Assembly (NCBI GenBank): GCA_964581255.1
Contig: CAZOMT010000034.1
Location: 3,865 to 67,864 of the forward strand
DNA length: 64,000 nucleotides
Origin: an uncultured Thermodesulfatator sp.
GTDB taxonomy: Bacteria > Desulfobacterota > Dissulfuribacteria > Dissulfuribacterales > QOAL01
Reading direction: 5' to 3'
This document shows, piece after piece, positions 27,171 to 36,877 of this stretch (positions are counted from its first letter, which is position 1; each line of letters begins with the position of its first letter). Made by a program: the position numbers and the translations under genes. Below the pieces are notes generated by a model, which was given only the letters and a program-made list of their open reading frames with translations, had not been told where the DNA came from and ran no database searches.

Positions 27171-29017
27171 TGAGGTCGAGGCCTCTATTCTGGTATATTT
27201 TTATTGGCACTGTTTTTGTGACCCTTTCTGTCACCTGGGCCCTGACCATCTTTTTCTACTCTGAGCTGAAAGATTTCTATTTCCGCGAAGAGAGGGAAAA
27301 TCTCCTGAGAAGTGCAAGGATGTTGCACTATGAGACATCCCGTCTGTTTTGTGCTGGAAACTCAAACAACTTTGCCAAAATGATAAACAACACGGGCCGT
27401 GATACCCATGTAAGACTGACCATCATAGACGCCAGCGGGAACGTCCTTGAGGATTCAGAAACCCCTTCGGAATCCATGGAAGGGCACCAAGACCGTCCAG
27501 AGATAAAAGAGGCCCTTTGCGGAAGACCTGGCTGGGCCGTAAGATACAGCACCACCTTGAACAGGGACATGCTTTATGTGGCACTGCCACTGGAATGCAA
27601 TAAGTACTTCTCCCTGTCCAATTCCAGTGATGGCAAGTTCAAGAAAAAGGGAGTGCTGAGACTTTCCGTACCCTTGGCCTCTCTTGAGGAAAAACTCCTT
27701 TCCTTTCAGGCAAAGATACTTCTTGGCATTGCCTTAGCGATCCTTTTTGCCATCTTTGTAGCCTTTTTTGTCTCGCGTTGGATCAGTAAACCTCTTCAAG
27801 AGCTGGAAAGCACAGCCCTGAGATTTGCTTCTGGAGATCTGGATCAGCGGTTTGCCATCGCCAACAGAAATCCTGTCTATCAAGAAATCCTCAGCTTGCA
27901 GAATTCGCTCACCCATATGGCCAAGCAGCTGAGAGAGCGTTTCCGGCAGATGCAGCAACAAAAAAATCAGCTTGAGCTGGTCTTTTCAAGCATGAAGGAG
28001 GCTGTGATTGTGGTGGACAGAGGTGGAAAGATCACTACTATCAATCGTTCTGCATCCAGGCTTTTTAGCATCAATCCCGATCACTGCAAGGGCCGTTCTG
28101 TCTTTTCTGCTATAAGAAACTTGGATATGCAAAGGCATCTGAGACAGGTCTTTGCCACATGGCAGGACATGGAAGAAGAAATTTCATTCAGCCTGGAACA
28201 AGATTATTCCAAAAAAAGGTATTTTTATGTCCATACCGTGGTCCTTAAAAGCCACGAAGGCAGGCCTAGCGGCGTGCTCGTTGTGATGGATGATCTTACC
28301 AGGATGAAACACCTTGAAAGCCTCAGGAGGGATTTTGTATCAAATGTTTCACATGAATTAAAAACCCCCATCACCTCTATCAAGGCCTATGTAGAGACCC
28401 TTCTTGATGGAGCGCTTCACGACAAGGGCCATGCGGAAGAATTTCTGGCTGTGATTGCCAGGCAAGCTGGCTATCTCGAAGCCATAGTTGAAGACCTGCT
28501 CTGTCTATCAAGACTTGATGTCAAGGCAGCAGGGCCGGCAAAGATTTCAATGGTGAAGGAGGATGTGTGCGCTATCCTTAAGGCTGCCATAGCCACATGC
28601 AAAGCAGGTGCAAAAGAACGAAACATCACGATAGATTGCAAATGTGTTGGCCCAATATTCGCCAAGCTAAACAGCAGGCTTATGGAGCAGGCCCTTACCA
28701 ACCTCATTGTAAATGCAGTGAAATACAGTAGGACTGGCAGCAAAATCATAGTCAAGGCGGAAAAGAAGGTGGCATTAGGGCAGACCAGACAGATTTTAAT
28801 CAGCGTTCAGGATTTTGGAATAGGCATAGCGCCTGAGCATCGAGGCCGGATATTTGAGCGATTTTACAGGGTAGATAAGGCCCGCAGCAGGAAACTTGGC
28901 GGTACAGGCCTTGGGCTTGCAATAGTAAAACACATCGTGCAACTACATAGAGGGCACCTGGCCCTTAAAAGCAGTCTTGGAGAGGGAAGCACCTTTTATA
29001 TATATCTCCCAGAATAA
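27170..29017 (+). CDS. phoR: Phosphate-regulon-type sensor histidine kinase, PhoR-like
   Basis: Two TM segments, HAMP, a PAS-like region, H-box SHELKTPITSI and an HATPase domain (GGTGLGLAIVKH). Its ATG overlaps the phoB stop. It is longer than E. coli PhoR because of an extracytoplasmic domain. Confidence 0.72.
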   Translation: MRSRPLFWYIFIGTVFVTLSVTWALTIFFYSELKDFYFREERENLLRSARMLHYETSRLFCAGNSNNFAKMINNTGRDTHVRLTIIDASGNVLEDSETPSESMEGHQDRPEIKEALCGRPGWAVRYSTTLNRDMLYVALPLECNKYFSLSNSSDGKFKKKGVLRLSVPLASLEEKLLSFQAKILLGIALAILFAIFVAFFVSRWISKPLQELESTALRFASGDLDQRFAIANRNPVYQEILSLQNSLTHMAKQLRERFRQMQQQKNQLELVFSSMKEAVIVVDRGGKITTINRSASRLFSINPDHCKGRSVFSAIRNLDMQRHLRQVFATWQDMEEEISFSLEQDYSKKRYFYVHTVVLKSHEGRPSGVLVVMDDLTRMKHLESLRRDFVSNVSHELKTPITSIKAYVETLLDGALHDKGHAEEFLAVIARQAGYLEAIVEDLLCLSRLDVKAAGPAKISMVKEDVCAILKAAIATCKAGAKERNITIDCKCVGPIFAKLNSRLMEQALTNLIVNAVKYSRTGSKIIVKAEKKVALGQTRQILISVQDFGIGIAPEHRGRIFERFYRVDKARSRKLGGTGLGLAIVKHIVQLHRGHLALKSSLGEGSTFYIYLPE

Positions 29018-29172
29018 GTGTTGTAACTTCCGTGTCCCTGGTCGAGCCACCTACTCTTCTTGATTGTGGCTGCCACTTTTATGATTCTGATTGACATTTT
29101 TACCACACTCTGACATAGTGAAAAAGAGAATTATTTCTTCTCTTAAAATTTGACTTTGTAGGATCTTAAAAT

Positions 29173-30051
29173 ATGTTTGAGAAACTGCTTGTTGCAGATG
29201 ACCTCAAAATCCCTCCCCTGTCCTTGGTAAAATGCATCCCCAAGAAAAAATTGGGTGTCAAGGAGATGATCATATGCCACGCCATAAACCCACCTGAAAA
29301 CTTTCAGATCGACGAGGAATACCTCGATGGCATTAAAAACCGCCTTGAGGAAAGGGCAGACGAAGTAAGGGCCAGGGGCTTTAACTGCAAGGTTGAAGTA
29401 GTGAGAGGTACACCTGGCAGGGCTGTTCTGGAACTTGCAGAACAATTCAACGTCAATATGATCATTATTGGCTCACATCACAGAGGGGGAGTACGTGGAG
29501 CACTGATAGGCAGCGTCAGTTACGGCATACTTCACGAGGCGACAAGGCCGACCTTTCTTGTACGCTTCAGCCACGGCAACAGCGGAAAAACCCAGGAACC
29601 CTCACAAGACAGTTGTAACAGTCACATCCTGTTTCCCACAGACTTTTCTGACACTGCCGAAGAGGCATTCATGCTCCTTGAACGCATTGCCACAGTGACA
29701 CATGCGCGAGTCACCCTATTTCACGTGCACGATAAGGCCAGAATCGATCCATACCTCAGACATATGCTCCCGGAATTCGACAGGGAAGACAAGGCACGCA
29801 TGCAGCTTTTAAAAGAACACCTCGAGGCCAATGGCTCTGGAGAATGCCAGATCATGGTATCTTATGGCGTTCCTGCTCAGAGGATCCTCAATATGGCAAA
29901 CAGTGGAGAATTCAGCCTGATAATCATGGGCACACAGGGAAGAGGATACATCCCTGAAATATTCCTGGGCAGTACTGCCAACGCCATAGCGAGGCATGCA
30001 GACCTTCCTGTACTTTTCGTACCCCGTAAACGCCCAGGCATAGGCTGGTAA
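29173..30051 (+). CDS. Universal stress protein, tandem UspA domains
   Basis: Two Usp-like halves, each ending in a G-x2-G-x9-G(S/T) type motif (IIGSHHRGGVRGALIGSVS; IMGTQGRGYIPEIFLGSTA). Confidence 0.8.
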   Translation: MFEKLLVADDLKIPPLSLVKCIPKKKLGVKEMIICHAINPPENFQIDEEYLDGIKNRLEERADEVRARGFNCKVEVVRGTPGRAVLELAEQFNVNMIIIGSHHRGGVRGALIGSVSYGILHEATRPTFLVRFSHGNSGKTQEPSQDSCNSHILFPTDFSDTAEEAFMLLERIATVTHARVTLFHVHDKARIDPYLRHMLPEFDREDKARMQLLKEHLEANGSGECQIMVSYGVPAQRILNMANSGEFSLIIMGTQGRGYIPEIFLGSTANAIARHADLPVLFVPRKRPGIGW

Positions 30052-30058
30052 TCTCTCT

Positions 30059-30865
30059 CTATACCTTTTTCTTCTTGCGCATCCATCCTTTGAAGGCAAT
30101 CAAGGCCATCCCAGTACCTGTCAGCAAAATGGTGGATGGCTCGGGTACAGGAGCTGGGCCACCTGAGCCACCGCCGGAACCCCCACCGGAGCCACCTCCG
30201 GAGCCACCGCCGGAACCGCCTCCAGAACCACTGCCGGAACCCCCACCAGAGCCACCGCCAGAGCCACCATGATAAGACGTCCCGTTACAGCTCCATTTAC
30301 AGCAAAAAAATGTCGTACAGTCCAAACTGTACCTGAAATCATCCATGGTGAACTTGCCCAATACACTGTCACCCGTGGCATGAATAACGAGCTTGTCAAC
30401 GTCCCATTTCACATGCAGATCATCTGGACACTTGCCATTTAAATCTATAGTTTTGGAAAAAGAGAGGACTCCATCCAGATAGCCTTCTATTGTAATCTCC
30501 TCTGCGCCAAAATCATAAGACGAAAAAGAGGCGCCAAGCCAAGTAAAGGACCCGTCTCTTGAAATGGTCATGGCTGTACCAGCTTCATTCAAGACTTCGA
30601 CATCCAATGATTCACTCCCGATCCCCAAACGACTACAACCCAGCGATAAACCAGATGGCTGGAAAGAATATGCATGTTCCCAATTGAACCCCCCATAATT
30701 TTGAGGCAATTGAGAAACTGCATTTCCAGGGCTTGCCAGTTCGTCGAAGGTAAGAACCTCTTGTGAAAATGGCAAACAAGAAGCCTTTGGGGCCACCACC
30801 AGTGTGAGTAGATATATTATAAAGGTGAAACAAACCGTCTTGTTACTGAATTTGTTGTTTTTCAT
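30059..30865 (-). CDS. Secreted PEP-CTERM sorting-domain protein with Gly/Ser linker
   Basis: N-terminal signal peptide and a C-terminus reading VPEPSTILLTGTGMALIAFKGWMRKKKKV (PEP motif, TM helix, basic tail). A (GGSG)n tract of about 37 aa precedes it. Confidence 0.8.
   Translation of the reverse strand: MKNNKFSNKTVCFTFIIYLLTLVVAPKASCLPFSQEVLTFDELASPGNAVSQLPQNYGGFNWEHAYSFQPSGLSLGCSRLGIGSESLDVEVLNEAGTAMTISRDGSFTWLGASFSSYDFGAEEITIEGYLDGVLSFSKTIDLNGKCPDDLHVKWDVDKLVIHATGDSVLGKFTMDDFRYSLDCTTFFCCKWSCNGTSYHGGSGGGSGGGSGSGSGGGSGGGSGGGSGGGSGGGSGGPAPVPEPSTILLTGTGMALIAFKGWMRKKKKV
30158..30268. repeat. Imperfect 12-nt tandem repeat encoding the (GGSG)n linker
   Basis: Reiterated CCACC(G/T)CCGGA(A/G)CC units. 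The plus-strand ORF 30075..30272 (PEPPPEPPP...) is its antisense artefact. Confidence 0.8.
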
Positions 30866-31046
30866 GACTATTTCCTCAACTGATGTTGTCTGCCAGCTAA
30901 ATATTCTTTAGCATTCAATAAATGTCCTTATTAGTAATAAACGCATAAGATATGCCATTTAAATGGCCACGATTAATGGAAAAAAATGGTATAATTCCCG
31001 AAAATGAGACTCAGCAATAGCGTATATGGAAAAATAGTTCCACTAC

Positions 31047-32840
31047 TTGAATGGAAATCTTTTTCCTGTGCGGAAAAACAGTTCCATTGATTTTAAGAAA
31101 AAATTTTCACAAATTTTGGAGTCCGTTTTGATAAATCAGCAAATAGCTCAAATCTTCTATAGGATTGCAGATCTTCTCGAAATCAAGGGTGAAAATCCAT
31201 TTCGTGTACGGGCGTACCGAAATGCTGCACGCACCATAGAAAGCCTGGGCAGAAACCTCCAGGAGATGGTGGAGCAAGATGAAGACCTCACGTCTCTTCC
31301 TGGCATAGGCAAGGATCTTGCTGGCAAGATCAGGGAAATCGTCGAAACAGGAAGCCTTTCCAAGCTCCAAGAGCTTGAGCAGGAAATCCCTCCAGGCTTG
31401 GTTGAACTTTTGAAGGTTGAAGGTCTTGGCCCCAAACGTATCAAGACCCTCCACGACAAACTTGGAATTACCACCCTGGAGCAATTAAGAGATGCGGCAG
31501 CCCAAGGAAAGATCCAGGCTCTGCCAGGCTTTGGAAGCAAACTTGAAGAGCTTATCATGAAGGGTGTAGTGCTTGCCAAAAAGGAAGGAAGAAGATTCAG
31601 GTGGGCATTAGCAGAATCGTATGTGACTGAGGTGGTGAAACATCTTAAGAGTGCTCCAGGTCTAAAAAAAATAGAGGTTGCAGGCAGTTTCAGAAGAAAA
31701 AAGGAGACTGTAGGTGACCTCGATATACTCGTCACGGCCAGAAAACCTACCAAGGTAATAGAACATTTCGTGCGCTTTCACGGCATAAAAAATATCATCT
31801 CCCAGGGGCGAACCAAATCCACCATAATCCTATCGTCTGACCTCCAGGTGGATTTAAGAGCTGTCGATGAAGAAAGTTACGGCTCTGCGCTTCACTATTT
31901 TACCGGCTCTAAGGCCCACAATATCGCCATCAGATCCATTGCCCAAAAGGCCGGCCTGAAAATAAATGAATACGGCGTATTCGAAGGGGGCAACAGGATA
32001 GCTGGCAGGGAAGAGACCGATATATTCAAGGCAGTCGGGCTGCCTTTCATAGAGCCTGAGCTCAGGGAAAACCGGGGTGAGATCGAAGCAGCAGCTTCAG
32101 GCACCCTCCCCCGCCTAATCACATTGGACCATATTAAGGGGGATTTGCATATGCACACCCGTTGGAGCGATGGCAAATATGAAATAGAGGACATGGCCAA
32201 GGCAGCAGCGAAGCTGGGCTATTCTTATATCGCAATAACCGATCATTCTAAGAGAATGGCAATAACAAAGGGCCTGGATGAAAAAAGGCTTTTGGAGCAG
32301 GTGGAAGAAATAGAGCGAGTAAGAGAGAAGGTAAAGGATATCACCATATTAAAAGGTATAGAAGTAGACATACTGGAAGATGGAAGCCTGGACCTTTCAG
32401 GTGAAGCCCTTTCCACCTTGGATCTCGTGATAGCCGCCGTGCATAGCAAATTCAAACTTTCCCGCCAAGAACAAACCCGGCGTATAATAAGGGCACTAGA
32501 AAACCCTCATGTCAACATTCTCGCTCATCCTACAGGCAGACTGATAGGAGAAAGGGAAGGATATCGGGTAGATATGGAACAAATAATGAAAAAGGCCCTG
32601 GAAACTGGATGTTTTCTGGAGCTGAATGCCCAGCCGGCACGCCTGGATCTCAATGACGTCCACCTGAAACTTGCAAAGGACATGGGCCTTAAGATAGCGA
32701 TATCTACAGATTCCCACAACACCGACAGTCTCTTATTCATGAGGTATGGAATCAATCAGGCAAGAAGGGGCTGGATAGAACCACAAGACGTGATAAATAC
32801 CCAACCCCTTGAATTTTTGAATAAACTACTCAAACGTTGA
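31047..32840 (+). CDS. polX: Family X DNA polymerase with C-terminal PHP domain (PolX)
   Basis: IAQIFYRIADLLEIKGENPFRVRAYRNAA (HhH/8-kDa domain), a GDLD-type nucleotidyltransferase motif (GDLDILV) and a PHP domain (GDLHMHTRWSDG). The start is uncertain: the track uses TTG at 31047, and an in-frame TTG near 31128 fits homologue N-termini better. Confidence 0.85.
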   Translation: MNGNLFPVRKNSSIDFKKKFSQILESVLINQQIAQIFYRIADLLEIKGENPFRVRAYRNAARTIESLGRNLQEMVEQDEDLTSLPGIGKDLAGKIREIVETGSLSKLQELEQEIPPGLVELLKVEGLGPKRIKTLHDKLGITTLEQLRDAAAQGKIQALPGFGSKLEELIMKGVVLAKKEGRRFRWALAESYVTEVVKHLKSAPGLKKIEVAGSFRRKKETVGDLDILVTARKPTKVIEHFVRFHGIKNIISQGRTKSTIILSSDLQVDLRAVDEESYGSALHYFTGSKAHNIAIRSIAQKAGLKINEYGVFEGGNRIAGREETDIFKAVGLPFIEPELRENRGEIEAAASGTLPRLITLDHIKGDLHMHTRWSDGKYEIEDMAKAAAKLGYSYIAITDHSKRMAITKGLDEKRLLEQVEEIERVREKVKDITILKGIEVDILEDGSLDLSGEALSTLDLVIAAVHSKFKLSRQEQTRRIIRALENPHVNILAHPTGRLIGEREGYRVDMEQIMKKALETGCFLELNAQPARLDLNDVHLKLAKDMGLKIAISTDSHNTDSLLFMRYGINQARRGWIEPQDVINTQPLEFLNKLLKR

Positions 32841-32882
32841 TGCTATTCCCACGGAATAGAAGACCCTGGGCAACCATTATGG

Positions 32883-33623
32883 CTACACCGCAGTTTTAAG
32901 ACGCCTTACCGCAGCCAGGATTATATCCCTCCTGGTAGGCGCCATCACGTTTTCCCATTTTCTTTCGTGGGGAGCATATTTCTTTATGAGCAAGTGGGTG
33001 TCTTTCTTAAGCCCTGTATAATAAACATTGGGGCCGATATTCACCTCCTTAGACGTGAGTCTTATGGCCTTGCCAGAGGCTACTATCTTATGGACCTGCG
33101 ACGACTTATCAGAAAGGTCACCAAAGATCCTAGCCTTTGTGATGCACGTCTTCACACATGCAGGCTGTTCCCCTGCTTCGAGCCGCTCCACGCAAAAGGT
33201 ACACTTATCGGCCTTTGGATCATCCAATTCCTCATTGAGATAGCGTGCCCCATATGGACACGCCTCGACACACGAACCACATCCTATGCATCTCGTCTTG
33301 TCGATAAGGACTGCTCCAGTAAACGGATGCTTGAAAGTGGCATGAATGGCTATCGTCTTCTTCTTTCCTGTCTTTGGGTCCTTGAACGTCCTTTCCTCAG
33401 GATCAACAGGACATACCGATACGCACTTTGGGTCGTCACAATGATTGCACAACCCTGGATAAAAGGTATACGAAAGGCCGTGGGGAGTCTTTTCAGGCCC
33501 AAGCCTGTGGACCCAGTTCCTCCTGTAGCCGACAGGTATCCCCCATTCGGCTCTACAGGCAATTGCGCAGGCATGGCACCCCACACACCGCTTTAGATCT
33601 ATTACCATGGCCAGCTGACTCAT
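32883..33623 (-). CDS. 4Fe-4S ferredoxin-type beta subunit of a molybdopterin oxidoreductase
   Basis: CVGCHACAIAC, CNHCDDPKCVSVCP, CIGCGSCVEACP and CTFCVERL...C cluster motifs. Its start overlaps the stop of the catalytic subunit gene. Confidence 0.88.
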   Translation of the reverse strand: MSQLAMVIDLKRCVGCHACAIACRAEWGIPVGYRRNWVHRLGPEKTPHGLSYTFYPGLCNHCDDPKCVSVCPVDPEERTFKDPKTGKKKTIAIHATFKHPFTGAVLIDKTRCIGCGSCVEACPYGARYLNEELDDPKADKCTFCVERLEAGEQPACVKTCITKARIFGDLSDKSSQVHKIVASGKAIRLTSKEVNIGPNVYYTGLKKDTHLLIKKYAPHERKWENVMAPTRRDIILAAVRRLKTAV

Positions 33624-35935
33624 TTTTTGCCTCCTGTCTTAGCACTCGCAGCGTTTTTCAATTTAAACCTAGGAATCTGTGGTGGTATTGGACAAAGATC
33701 CGGGATGTTTATCACCTTGTTTCCTTTGATAATTCGGACAAAGTTGGTCCTATGGCTGGATGCGCCCATGAATGGGTCGTTTATGTATTCAGTAATCATA
33801 AACTGATCACTTGCACCCTTCTTGAAGGCTTTGGTAAGCATCTTGGACCTGCTTCCATAACCATGAGCCATATAGACCACATCCGCCCTGATTCCCGGTG
33901 TGACCTTGAGCTTAATTGGAAGTGATTTATAGCCATCTTGGTTTTCCAAAACGACCTCTTCACCGTCCTTAAGCCCTATCTTGCCTGCCACCTCATCGTT
34001 GAGCCACAACTGGTTTTCTGGCCACTCGTTGTGAAGCCACTTGTTGTTCATGGTCCTGCTGAACGTATGTACTGGCACCCTGCCATAAATCAGGCGAGCA
34101 TAGCCCTTTGGAGGCGCTGGGGTGGGTATGAATTTTGGGATCGGATCAAGGTCCTCGTCTTCAAAATCCGTCACGCTGAGATTGATCTTTCCAGACTCGG
34201 TCTTGAACTTGAGGTCTTTTCTCTTTCTGTAGGGTTTTGCCTTAATGGGAACAAGGCCGCCCTTCTTGTTGAGACTTTCAAGGCTTAGCCCTGCAGGCTT
34301 CAATTCCTCTTCTATTATCTCCCTAATATCCTTAGCCTGGAAGCATTCGAGTCCAAGGCGTTTTGCAAGCTGCCTCGCTATCCAATAGGACGACTTCACC
34401 TCGAACATGGGCTTGACCACAGGCTGCCTGACCGTAATGTAAGGCGTTAGAAGGTCATAGGAATAAACTGCGTCATATCTTTCCAGATAGGTTGCACCCG
34501 GAAGGACAATATCAGACCACATTGCCGTTTCAGTGGGCATTATCTCTTCACAGAAGATAAAGTCCAGCTTATTTATGGCCTCCATGGTCTTGTATGGGTC
34601 AGGTATGGTCTGGAGGATATTTACACCATTTATCCCCCAGAGTTTCACTGGATAGGGCTTGCCTGTGAGACTCGCCTCGACGAGCTTGCTCGTGGGAGAA
34701 CCAAACATTGAGGCAAAGGGATAATAATCTTCCTGAATGGATTCATCGGGTGTTTCTGGCTCTCCGCCACACTCGGCACATTCAGAATGCCCTTTCTTGA
34801 CTGGTGTTGGAAAATATAGGCCGCCAGGCACACCAACTGCGCCGAAAAGGGCTGCCAACATGCCCAATGCCTGATGCCTGCTGGTGTCCCCCTTTCCATA
34901 CCAGGTGGCATGGCGTCCAGGATGAATAGCCACATGGGGCCTCGCCTCAGCCAACGTAATTATGGCCTTTTTCATATCTTCTGGCTTGAGGTCACATATG
35001 GGAGCTGCCCATTCTATGGTGCATTTCTTTACGGCAGCCTTTACATCGTCAAACCCAGTACAGTGGCTTTTTACAAAGTCCTTGTCATAGAGGCCCTTTT
35101 CTATGATGAAATTCATCCAGGCGAGCAAAAGGGCAGTATCTGTTCCTGGACGAATCGGAAGATAGATATCGGCCTTTCCGGCAGGAGCAGAAAATCTTGG
35201 ATCGACCACCACCAGCTTGGCACCCTTGCTAAGGCCTTCCATATACTCACTCACATGAGACACGTGGACATTTTCACCTATATGGCTGGCAACAAGCAGG
35301 ATGGCCTTTGCATTTTTCATGTCTACGTATTGCCTGGTGCCCGAGGTTATATACCCCATGGTCTTTATGAAGGCCAGGGCTGCCGGGCCAACGCACTGAA
35401 AGAAGGCTGGCTCGTTGGTATAGTTTTCTGTACCAAGGGCCTTGAAAATTCCCCTCATAAACTCTGCGGAGGCCCCATGATCAAAGTATGCCAAGGCATG
35501 AGGGCCATATTTATCCCTCACTTTGTTCATATTGTGGGCAACTTCATCAAGGGCTTCGTCCCAGGATATCCTGGCCCACTTTCCTTCTCCCCTCTTCCCT
35601 GTGCGTTTGAGCGGGTATTTAAGCCGGTCTGGATCATAAATGAGCTGCACCCCTGAATTGCCCCTAGCGCATACCCTTGTATCATTGGCAGGGCTTTTGG
35701 GATTGCCTTCGATCTTTACAAGCCTCCCCTTTTTTACCTTCCCCACTATGGGACAACGCCAGAAGCACATCTCACAGACACTCGGAATTTCCTTGGCTCC
35801 GAGGCTGCCTGGCAGTCCTTGTGCGTCACCGGTTGATGCTACTGCCGGCCTGAACATACCCTTCCCTTGCAATTCAAGGGCAGCCAGGGCCGCACAGGCT
35901 GAAGCAGAAAGCTTCAGAAATCTACGTCGCTTCAT
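33620..35935 (-). CDS. Tat-exported molybdopterin (DMSO reductase family) oxidoreductase catalytic subunit, Psr/Phs/Ttr-like
   Basis: Twin-arginine signal MKRRRFLKLSASACAALA and N-terminal FeS motif CEMCFWRCPIVG...C. The likely Mo ligand is the Cys in FFQCVGPA. 771 aa. The substrate cannot be assigned from sequence by eye. Confidence 0.85.
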   Translation of the reverse strand: MKRRRFLKLSASACAALAALELQGKGMFRPAVASTGDAQGLPGSLGAKEIPSVCEMCFWRCPIVGKVKKGRLVKIEGNPKSPANDTRVCARGNSGVQLIYDPDRLKYPLKRTGKRGEGKWARISWDEALDEVAHNMNKVRDKYGPHALAYFDHGASAEFMRGIFKALGTENYTNEPAFFQCVGPAALAFIKTMGYITSGTRQYVDMKNAKAILLVASHIGENVHVSHVSEYMEGLSKGAKLVVVDPRFSAPAGKADIYLPIRPGTDTALLLAWMNFIIEKGLYDKDFVKSHCTGFDDVKAAVKKCTIEWAAPICDLKPEDMKKAIITLAEARPHVAIHPGRHATWYGKGDTSRHQALGMLAALFGAVGVPGGLYFPTPVKKGHSECAECGGEPETPDESIQEDYYPFASMFGSPTSKLVEASLTGKPYPVKLWGINGVNILQTIPDPYKTMEAINKLDFIFCEEIMPTETAMWSDIVLPGATYLERYDAVYSYDLLTPYITVRQPVVKPMFEVKSSYWIARQLAKRLGLECFQAKDIREIIEEELKPAGLSLESLNKKGGLVPIKAKPYRKRKDLKFKTESGKINLSVTDFEDEDLDPIPKFIPTPAPPKGYARLIYGRVPVHTFSRTMNNKWLHNEWPENQLWLNDEVAGKIGLKDGEEVVLENQDGYKSLPIKLKVTPGIRADVVYMAHGYGSRSKMLTKAFKKGASDQFMITEYINDPFMGASSHRTNFVRIIKGNKVINIPDLCPIPPQIPRFKLKNAASAKTGGKK

Positions 35936-36474
35936 CCAAAAACCTCCTCGTTTAATTTTGTTAAATAAAACAGGGTCAACCTTGCCAGAAGGCTGTAATA
36001 AGGATGGGGATTTGCAGCCTGGACCCTCTCCTCAAAGATCCGAAACCACTTCAGCAGATGCGTCCCCAAGAATTCTGACAAAAGATCAAAGGCCTTCTTT
36101 TCCAAGAGAACGGCCACAAAAAAGAGTTCAACAGGCAAAAAATCCGCTGGTTCCTCCTTGTTTAGCGGTTCCAAGCCTGCCCTTTGATAAAAATCTTGTG
36201 CCTGGCCGTAACCCTCCTGCATGAGCAGGCCCTGGCCGGCCACGTAGACAGATGCATAAGGCGGCGCTGGGATCCCGCCTGGGCTGTTTATGAAAAGCCT
36301 TGTGTAGGCCTGTTGAAGTTCTTCAGGAGTAAAAGAAAGATGGCCGATTTCGATGCCCGCATTTTCAGCCAGTTCTTCCACTGCCCGAAAAAATGAGGGC
36401 GACAGGTTTTCTTTGCCAGGATACGAAAAGCCACTGGCCAAGAGACGAAATATCAGGACGAAATCAGAAGTCAA
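35932..36474 (-). CDS. TorD/DmsD-family redox-enzyme maturation chaperone
   Basis: YTRLFINSPGGIPAPPYASVY...ADFLPVELFFVAVLL blocks are typical of the TorD family. It lies directly upstream of, and overlaps, the molybdoenzyme gene. The TTG start is uncertain. Confidence 0.72.
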   Translation of the reverse strand: MTSDFVLIFRLLASGFSYPGKENLSPSFFRAVEELAENAGIEIGHLSFTPEELQQAYTRLFINSPGGIPAPPYASVYVAGQGLLMQEGYGQAQDFYQRAGLEPLNKEEPADFLPVELFFVAVLLEKKAFDLLSEFLGTHLLKWFRIFEERVQAANPHPYYSLLARLTLFYLTKLNEEVFG

Positions 36475-36877
36475 ATCACGTGAACCTCAATCTTTAGTAA
36501 CGGTAATCCTTTGGAAAACCTCATAATAAGTTTTATAGTAATTTTTTGCACAACATTTAATAGCAATACTAAATCTCATTAGGCTTTTCAAGAATTTTTT
36601 CTGCAATTAGTCCAGGAAACCAGATCATGGGCGTGTATGTTGCGTTTAATCGCCCCTTACACCTATTGTTCCCCAATGAGACAAACATTTGGTTTGATTT
36701 AGCCCGGCCGATATATTATTATTGATAGTTTGTGGATCAAAACACCCTGAAAGATACCTTAAAAAGACCCTCTTAAATGTTAAGATTCTGTACCTCCCTG
36801 GTCTTGAAATATAATGCGAACAGAGACGTGCCCCATGCCTGGAAGACGTTATTCATGGCTCAAAAGGGACTCTGGCC

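Noticed and set aside
30075-30272. 65-aa ORF encoding PEPPPEPPPEPPP....
   Set aside because: It is the reverse-complement reading of the (GGSG)n-coding repeat of the PEP-CTERM gene.
34874-36224. Long plus-strand ORFs (34874..35656 and 35640..36224) opposite the molybdoenzyme and TorD-like genes.
   Set aside because: They are antisense to well-supported genes, and their Pro/Gly/Ser-rich translations carry no motifs.
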